Of a stretch of DNA of 64,000 bases, positions 58,576 to 64,000 are shown piece after piece (position 1 is the first letter of the stretch; each line of letters begins with the position of its first letter). The stretch is from Solirubrobacteraceae bacterium (GTDB lineage: Bacteria; Actinomycetota; Thermoleophilia; Solirubrobacterales; Solirubrobacteraceae), in NCBI GenBank assembly GCA_035570415.1, contig DATMLP010000009.1, positions 10,644 to 74,643 on the forward strand. The letters are read 5' to 3'. A program made the translations under genes and the position numbers. The notes under the pieces are model-generated. The model worked only from the letters and a program-made list of their open reading frames with translations. It ran no database searches and was not told the origin of the DNA.

Positions 58576-60699
58576 CTAGTCCCCGCCTCCCGCGCAGCGG
58601 CCGAGCGCCATGATCGGGAAGGTGAGGCGGTAGAGGTGGTAGTTGATGTAGTAGTCGGAGGGGAAGCCGGTGCCGGTGTACTGCGGCTCGTCCCAGGTGC
58701 CGTCGGGGCGCTGCGTTGCGATGAGCCACTCCACGCCGCGCGCGATCGCCGGGCTCGACTGGATCCGCTCGCCGGCGGCGTGCAGCGCCAGCAGCGCCCA
58801 CGCGGTTTGCGAGGCGGTGGAGTCGCCGCGGCCGATCCACGCAGGGTCGTCGTAGGAGCGTGGGTCCTCGCCCCAGCCGCCGTCGGGGTTTTGGTGCTCC
58901 TGGAGCCACTTCACCGCGCGGCGCATCGGCTCCTCCTCGCCCGACACGCCCATCGCGGCCAGCGCCGGCAGCGCGGCGCCGGTGCCGTACACGTGATTGA
59001 CGCCCCAGCGGCCATACCAGGAGCCGTCGGGCTCCTGCTGCTCCAGCAGCCACGCCAAACCGGCGCGCGCCGCTTCGCCGTCGGCGCGATCCACCGCGGC
59101 GAGCATCTCCAGCGTGTGCGCGGTGACGTCGGCACTCGGCTCGTCGATCACCTCGCCGAAGTCGAGGAACGGCAGTGCCCTCACCAGCGCGCGGGTGTTG
59201 TCGGCGTCGAACGCGCCCCAGCCGCCGCCGTCGCTCTGCATCCCCTCCACCCACTCCACCGCACGGTCGATCGCGTCCTGCACGCGCTCGCGCACCGCCT
59301 GCGCGCCGGTCGCCGGCGGCAGGTCTTCCAGGCGGCGACGGTGGCGGTTGGCGCGGCGGATCTGCTCCGGTTCGAGCTCGATCGTGCGCAGCAACGCCAG
59401 CACAACCTCGGCGGTGTCGTCGACGTCGGGGTAGTTGTCGTTCTCGAACTCAAACGCCCATCCACCGGGTTTCAGCTCCGCGCGCGCCGCCGCCCAGTCG
59501 CCGCGCACCCGCACCTCCTCCTCCAGTAGCCACGCCGCGGCGCGCGCCAGCGCGGGGTGGTCGACCGGCAGCCCGGTGTCGCCGAGCGCCACCATCGTCA
59601 GCGCCGTGTCCCACACCGGCGACTGGCATGCTTCCAGGCGCCGGCTGGGGCCCCGCGGAGCGCCCGGCGGACGCGGAGGACGCGGGTGCGCAGGGGCGGA
59701 GCCGTTGGTGTCGCCGCGGTCCTCCACCATGAAGCGATCGATGCCTTCGATGCCGCGACGCATCACCGGGTGCTCGAGCGGGTAGCCGCCGAGGTGGAGC
59801 GCCATCAGCGAGTACACCCACGGCGGCTGGATGCCGCCCCACGAGCCGTCGGCCTCCTGGCGACGCACGATCCACGCCTCGGCACGCGCGATCGCCTGCC
59901 GGCGCAGGGGCGAAAGCGGGTGGCGCTCGTATGCGCGCAGCGCGCTGTCGAGGCGTCCCAGCCAGCGTCCGGCGCGTGCGGCGGCCTGCGGCGAGGAGAC
60001 CTCCAGCAATCCACGCAGACCCTGCGCCGACGGGGCCGCGGCGCACGCGGGACGGGTGCCGGGCACCGGCGCCGGCCCCGAGCGGACCGCGATCCACGGC
60101 TGGGCGCCGTGCAGCTCGCGCAGGTCGAACGGGAGCGGCTTTTTCGGGCGGCGCGCCATCACCAGCGAGAGCGCCACGATCGTCTGACGCGCCCAGCAGC
60201 CGAAGTCGTAGATGTTGAGTGGCGCCCACTTCGGCAGCATCACGAACTCCGGCGGCAGCGCGGGGATCCGCTCCCACGGCCACAGCCCGAACAGCGCCAG
60301 CCACACGTGCGTGAACACCCGCGCGCGCTCCACTCCCCCCTGCTCGCGCACCCACTCGGCGGCGGTCCGCATGTGGGACGCATCGGCGGGGTCACCCGCC
60401 AGGCGCAGAGCCCAATAAGCCTCCACCGTGCTCGAGAGATCGCCGGGGCCGCCGTGGAAGTTGGCCCAGGTGCCGTCGGGGCGCTGCTGGGAGCGGATCC
60501 ACGCCGCCGAGCGCTCGGTGTCGGCGGCGATGCGGATGCCGAGGAACTCGCGCAGCAGCATGTCCTCGGCATCCATCGTCACATTGGTCTGCAGCTCGCC
60601 GCGCCACCAGCCGGCCTCGTCCTGCAGAGCCAACAGGTGCTCGCGGGCGCGCCCCAGCGCCGTCAATGCCTCGCTGCGGGTATCTACGGCGCTCGGCAT
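58576..60699 (-). CDS. shc: Squalene-hopene cyclase
   Basis: HLLALQDEAGWWRGELQTNVTMDAEDMLL, the catalytic DVDDTAEV motif, and multiple QW-type repeats (QRPDGTWANF, QEADGSWGG, QSDGGGWGAF, QEPDGSWYGRWG, QNPDGGWGE, QRPDGTWDE). The track start at 60729 is a TTG overlapping the upstream gene. I prefer the ATG at 60699. Confidence 0.92.
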   Translation of the reverse strand: MPSAVDTRSEALTALGRAREHLLALQDEAGWWRGELQTNVTMDAEDMLLREFLGIRIAADTERSAAWIRSQQRPDGTWANFHGGPGDLSSTVEAYWALRLAGDPADASHMRTAAEWVREQGGVERARVFTHVWLALFGLWPWERIPALPPEFVMLPKWAPLNIYDFGCWARQTIVALSLVMARRPKKPLPFDLRELHGAQPWIAVRSGPAPVPGTRPACAAAPSAQGLRGLLEVSSPQAAARAGRWLGRLDSALRAYERHPLSPLRRQAIARAEAWIVRRQEADGSWGGIQPPWVYSLMALHLGGYPLEHPVMRRGIEGIDRFMVEDRGDTNGSAPAHPRPPRPPGAPRGPSRRLEACQSPVWDTALTMVALGDTGLPVDHPALARAAAWLLEEEVRVRGDWAAARAELKPGGWAFEFENDNYPDVDDTAEVVLALLRTIELEPEQIRRANRHRRRLEDLPPATGAQAVRERVQDAIDRAVEWVEGMQSDGGGWGAFDADNTRALVRALPFLDFGEVIDEPSADVTAHTLEMLAAVDRADGEAARAGLAWLLEQQEPDGSWYGRWGVNHVYGTGAALPALAAMGVSGEEEPMRRAVKWLQEHQNPDGGWGEDPRSYDDPAWIGRGDSTASQTAWALLALHAAGERIQSSPAIARGVEWLIATQRPDGTWDEPQYTGTGFPSDYYINYHLYRLTFPIMALGRCAGGGD

Positions 60700-60709
60700 G
60701 GCCGACAAA

Positions 60710-62146
60710 CTATTCCTTTTCACCGCCAACCAGAACCTCTGGGCGTCCTTCTGCGATCACGTGGGCGCGCAGCCCGTCCTGCGAAACAGTACGGGGGGTT
60801 GGCGCTAGGAATCTGTAGAGCAGCATCCCGTTGATGTTCCGGCGCTGAACCAAACGGAAGCCCGGCGCCGGTGGCTGGCCCGCGCCCGGCAGCAGCGGCG
60901 CGTAGCCGGTCTCGTCGATTTCACTCACCTCTACCACCGCGCCGCGGCGCAGGTTACGCAGCGGCGGCAAGTAGTACTCCAGCGGCGCCGAGCCCAGCTC
61001 GACGGTGGTGACCGCGCGCGGGCGTCCGCTGCGGCCGATCGTGGCCGCCAGCCCCCGCCAGTCGCCGCGCTGCAGACGCGGGCTGAGGTCGACGTCCACG
61101 CTGAGCGCGGCGAACGTCACCGCGATCAAGCCGACCAGCGCGAGGCCCGTGCGGCCCGTGCGCCGGGCAGCCGCGATCACGGCGATGCCGGCGGTGAGCG
61201 GGATCATCGCCGCCACCACGTTGCGCGGCGCCAGGTAGTCGGCGCCCAGCACCGCCATTGCCAGCGGGATCAGCACGCCGCAGGCCGCGATGCCCAGCGA
61301 CAACAGCGCCGCTTCGCTCTCGCGCGGGGTCAACACCCGCCACAGGCCGTAGCCGATCGCCGCGAGGATCTCCAGCGCCACCAGCAGCTCGATGCCATGC
61401 CCCAGCGGGGCGGCCGAGTAGCCCGTGAGGAAGTACTGAGGGATCGCTTCCAGGCGGCTGGCGAGCGCCCACGCACCGATCCACTGCGTTCCGTGGCCGC
61501 CCTGGGCGAGCGCCAAGGGGACCAGCGCGAGGCCGACGGCGCCGATCGCCGCCACCGCTGGCAGCGCCACGCTCAAACGCGTACGGCGGCGCAACAGCCA
61601 CAGGCACATCGGCGCCAGCAAGAACACTGCGAAATAGTGGGTCGCCAGCGCCGCCGCACCGCTCACCGCGAACGCCGTCAGCCGGCGAGGCGTCGGCTGG
61701 GCGTCGGCGCGCAGCCAGCACCACATCGCCAGCGCGATCAGCGCCACGAACAGACCGTAAGCGCGGGCCTCCTGCGAGTACCACACGAACAAAGGGTTGA
61801 ACGCGACCAGGACCGCGGTGGCGATTGCTGCGCGCCTGCCGGCCAGCTCGCTGCCGATCCCCCACGCGAACGCCACCGTGGCGATCCCCGCCAGTGCCGA
61901 GGGCAGCCGCAGCGCCACCTCGCCCGTGCCGAACAGGCGCGACCAGGCCCAGATCAGCACGTACCACAGCGGCGGCGTGTTTTCGCGGTGAACGACCGAG
62001 CGCAGCGTGGCCGTCAGCGACGGGTGCAGCGTGTGCACCGGGACGTACGCCTCGTCGTACCAGAAGCTCTGCAGATGCAGCGTGCTCAGGCGAAGCGCCG
62101 CGGCGAGGATCAGCAGGGCCGCAAGCGGCCACCACCGTCTAGCCAT
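60710..62146 (-). CDS. GT-C membrane glycosyltransferase, family 39 (ArnT/PMT-like)
   Basis: From the ATG at 62146: MARRWWPLAALLILAAALRLSTLHLQSFWYDEAYV...NTPPLWYVLIWAWSRLFGTGEVALRLPSALAGI is a typical GT39/PMT_2 N-terminus. About 11 TM helices plus a soluble C-terminal domain. Confidence 0.7.
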   Translation of the reverse strand: MARRWWPLAALLILAAALRLSTLHLQSFWYDEAYVPVHTLHPSLTATLRSVVHRENTPPLWYVLIWAWSRLFGTGEVALRLPSALAGIATVAFAWGIGSELAGRRAAIATAVLVAFNPLFVWYSQEARAYGLFVALIALAMWCWLRADAQPTPRRLTAFAVSGAAALATHYFAVFLLAPMCLWLLRRRTRLSVALPAVAAIGAVGLALVPLALAQGGHGTQWIGAWALASRLEAIPQYFLTGYSAAPLGHGIELLVALEILAAIGYGLWRVLTPRESEAALLSLGIAACGVLIPLAMAVLGADYLAPRNVVAAMIPLTAGIAVIAAARRTGRTGLALVGLIAVTFAALSVDVDLSPRLQRGDWRGLAATIGRSGRPRAVTTVELGSAPLEYYLPPLRNLRRGAVVEVSEIDETGYAPLLPGAGQPPAPGFRLVQRRNINGMLLYRFLAPTPRTVSQDGLRAHVIAEGRPEVLVGGEKE

Positions 62147-62666
62147 TCGTGAGCGGCTCGTCGGGGGCGCCCGGCGGCGTGGATAGGCCGCAGAGGTTTT
62201 CACCGACCGCCGTGCCCCAGCAGGCGTAGCGGTTGGTGCGCTTGTCCTGGAAGTAGGGAGGCAGGTAGAAGCCGCCCTTGGCGGCGCGCATCCCACGCGC
62301 GGTGGGGCCGGTGATGATCAGGCACACCTGCGGCTGCGTGCCGGGTGGGCCGGCGCCGAGGTTGCCGCACAGCACGTCGCGCGTGGTGTAGTGGGCGAGG
62401 TCCTGTTCGATCGAGATGTTCTTCAGGTCGTTGCCGGTGATCGCGCGCCACGTGTGCAGGTCGACACTGAGCCGTTCGTTGACGTGCACCTGGCGCACCA
62501 CGTCGTACACGGTGGCGGCCGCCAGCAGCAGGAACGCCAGCACCAGCAATGTGCTCTCCACGCGGCGCAGATCGCCACGACCGCGGCGCTCGGTGTCGCG
62601 CGGGCGCAGCCACTCGGGCAGGCGCCGCCAGCGATCGGGCGGTGCGGTGGGGGCACTCGCGCTCAT
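62139..62666 (-). CDS. Small single-TM hypothetical protein
   Basis: 175 aa: the last third of track ORF 62139..63935. The ATG at 62666 overlaps the upstream stop (ATGA). One TM helix (LLVLAFLLLAAATVY). Extracytoplasmic part with 4 Cys. No family recognised. Confidence 0.5.
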   Translation of the reverse strand: MSASAPTAPPDRWRRLPEWLRPRDTERRGRGDLRRVESTLLVLAFLLLAAATVYDVVRQVHVNERLSVDLHTWRAITGNDLKNISIEQDLAHYTTRDVLCGNLGAGPPGTQPQVCLIITGPTARGMRAAKGGFYLPPYFQDKRTNRYACWGTAVGENLCGLSTPPGAPDEPLTNG

Positions 62667-64000
62667 GTCACCGGCGAGAACAGCGGCGCGGTTTGGTGGA
62701 TGACGAACAGGCCCTGCACGGCGAGCGTGGCGATCAACAGGCGCCGGTCGCGCGCGACCACCGCCAACGGCAGCGTCCACAGCGTGTACCACGCCAGCAG
62801 CCACGTGCTGGTGACGGCGATCGCCAGCAGCGCCCAGCCCGAGGCGGCCACCCAGTCGTAGCCGCGCCACGTGCGCCACATGAGGTGCAGCACGACGATC
62901 GCCAGCGCCGCCTTCAGCAGCGTGTGGTCGGCCGGGAACACGCCCGGCTTGCCCAGCATGTGGGCGATCTCGTTGGGGAAGCTGTCGGTGGACACCAGCG
63001 CCGCGTCGCGGTTGAGCGCGGAGATCACGTCGAGGCCGTGCAAACCGAACACCGGGTAGGACACGACCGCCACCGCGACCAGCGCTGCCAGCGCGCCCCA
63101 CACGATCGACATCCGCCGCCGCGCCAGCAGCATGAACGGCAGCATCGCCGCCACCGTCGCCTTCACCAATGCGCCGGCGACCACCGAGGCGGCCGCGGGG
63201 CCGTCGCGGTCGACGAACGCCAGCGCCACCGCGGCCATCATGAAGAAGGTCATGATCAGATCGTTGTGCGCACCGCCCAGCCCGTATAGGACGTACAAAG
63301 GGTTGGCGCCCACCACCAGCAGCGCCGTGGGCGGGTCGTAGCCGCGCGACCGCGCGCAGCGCCACGTCAGCGCCAGCGTTCCGGCGCTCGCCGCCAGCGC
63401 CATCGCCTTCGCTCCCCATACAGCGCCCTTCAACCCCAGCAGACCCAGCGGGTAGGAGAGCAGCGTGTACAGCGGACCGTACGCAGTCGGGACTTTGCGC
63501 CAGTCGTCGCCCACATACTTGTAGATGCCGTCGCCGTTGGCCGCCACGGGGCCGTGCAGGTAGGGGTCGAGGCCGTGCAGCACGCCCAGGCGCGCGTAGT
63601 CGATGTAGCTGAACACGTCCGTGGAGAAGAGGATCGGGCCGGCCACCATCAGCGCGTTGAGCGCCGCCACCAGCACGATCGCCCACTTGGCGGCGCGGCG
63701 GTCGGCCGCGAGACGGCCGCGAAGCACCAGCGCCAGCAGCCCGCCGTACGCCGCCGCGAAGCACAGCAGCGCGATCAAGTACATACGGAAGCCGAGGCGC
63801 TCGTAAAAGCCGACAAAGCGGTCGATCGCCTGCAGCCAGCCGGTGAGGCCGGGCGAGCCGGGGATCAGCGGCGAGTGACCGACCGCGCCCGACAGCACCA
63901 CCTCGAGCGTGGCCACCACCAGCACCAGCGCGCACGCGCCGGCCAGCGCCAGCGTCGCGCGACCGGGGGCGGCGCGCTCGGCGCCCCGGGCTGCCTCCAT
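62663..64000 (-). CDS. GT-C membrane glycosyltransferase, DUF2029/GT87 (MptB-like mannosyltransferase family); may extend beyond the window
   Basis: Polytopic. FSTDVFSYIDYARLGVLHGLDPY and YGPLYTLLSYPL resemble the MptB/DUF2029 first-loop motif. The first ATG is exactly at the window edge (64000), so the true start is unknown. Confidence 0.6.
   Translation of the reverse strand: MEAARGAERAAPGRATLALAGACALVLVVATLEVVLSGAVGHSPLIPGSPGLTGWLQAIDRFVGFYERLGFRMYLIALLCFAAAYGGLLALVLRGRLAADRRAAKWAIVLVAALNALMVAGPILFSTDVFSYIDYARLGVLHGLDPYLHGPVAANGDGIYKYVGDDWRKVPTAYGPLYTLLSYPLGLLGLKGAVWGAKAMALAASAGTLALTWRCARSRGYDPPTALLVVGANPLYVLYGLGGAHNDLIMTFFMMAAVALAFVDRDGPAAASVVAGALVKATVAAMLPFMLLARRRMSIVWGALAALVAVAVVSYPVFGLHGLDVISALNRDAALVSTDSFPNEIAHMLGKPGVFPADHTLLKAALAIVVLHLMWRTWRGYDWVAASGWALLAIAVTSTWLLAWYTLWTLPLAVVARDRRLLIATLAVQGLFVIHQTAPLFSPVT

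Noticed and set aside
62667-63935. Upstream two-thirds of 598-aa ORF 62139..63935 (-)
   Set aside because: Arg/Gly-rich and out of frame with the polytopic GT87-like protein. Only the last 175 codons, from an ATGA-coupled ATG, look genuine.
1-64000. tRNA, rRNA, CRISPR arrays, IS elements, integrases, prophage head genes
   Set aside because: I scanned intergenic regions and ORF translations. I found no cloverleaf-like or rRNA-like sequence, no regularly spaced repeats, no DDE or tyrosine-recombinase-like proteins, and no capsid, portal or terminase candidates.

Overview
High-GC (roughly 70%) window that looks actinobacterial; I cannot name the genus. Coding is dense and almost entirely on the minus strand, and many gene pairs share 4-nt ATGA/GTGA start-stop overlaps. 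I found no rRNA, tRNA, CRISPR array, transposase or integrase. Gene order, left to right:
(1) 1-6472: the 5' ~2157 codons of a giant secreted RHS/YD protein with two NHL beta-propeller blocks. It is missing from the ORF track because its stop lies outside the window.
(2) 6733-8761: three translationally coupled regulators (IclR, IclR, LuxR-type HTH only).
(3) 8969-14723: an operon of PadR, two ABC ATPases, an FtsX-type permease and a DUF2600/YtpB-like terpene-synthase homologue.
(4) 14974-16832: three small secreted or membrane proteins of unknown function.
(5) 17135-45915, the main item: a phage-tail-like contractile injection system (CIS/eCIS-type) locus. Its genes run in a P2-like order: cap (DUF4255), sheath, tube, assembly chaperone plus a small -1-frame ORF, tape-measure-like protein, second tube, LysM tube initiator, VgrG-like spike, gp25-like, baseplate J and tail protein I. 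An AAA+ ATPase and a DUF4157 zincin sit upstream. I saw no PAAR protein, tail fibre, capsid, portal or terminase gene. Four locus proteins share an N-terminal GNxA motif: a calpain-like cysteine protease, a HET-C-like protein, an orphan helical protein and the DUF4157 protein. They look like a cargo set. Directly after the baseplate genes, on the same strand and tightly packed, come three more genes: a Zn-ribbon/TM/3xPASTA/beta-propeller membrane protein, an FHA-M50 membrane metalloprotease, and a ~1000-aa three-module peptidoglycan hydrolase with no signal peptide. I interpret these as a candidate envelope-sensing/anchoring and lysis module attached to the CIS. That is inference.
(6) 45967-50247: two tandem streptogramin-lyase-like beta-propeller paralogues sharing an unknown Cys/His-rich C-terminal module.
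(7) 50418-64000: a CHAP hydrolase, a UPF0104 membrane protein and a hopanoid cluster (shc, hpnC, hpnD, hpnE, hpnG, hpnH) headed by two GT-C glycosyltransferases. An AbiEii-type nucleotidyltransferase / wHTH pair interrupts it.
All family assignments come from motif recognition by eye. No database search was run.
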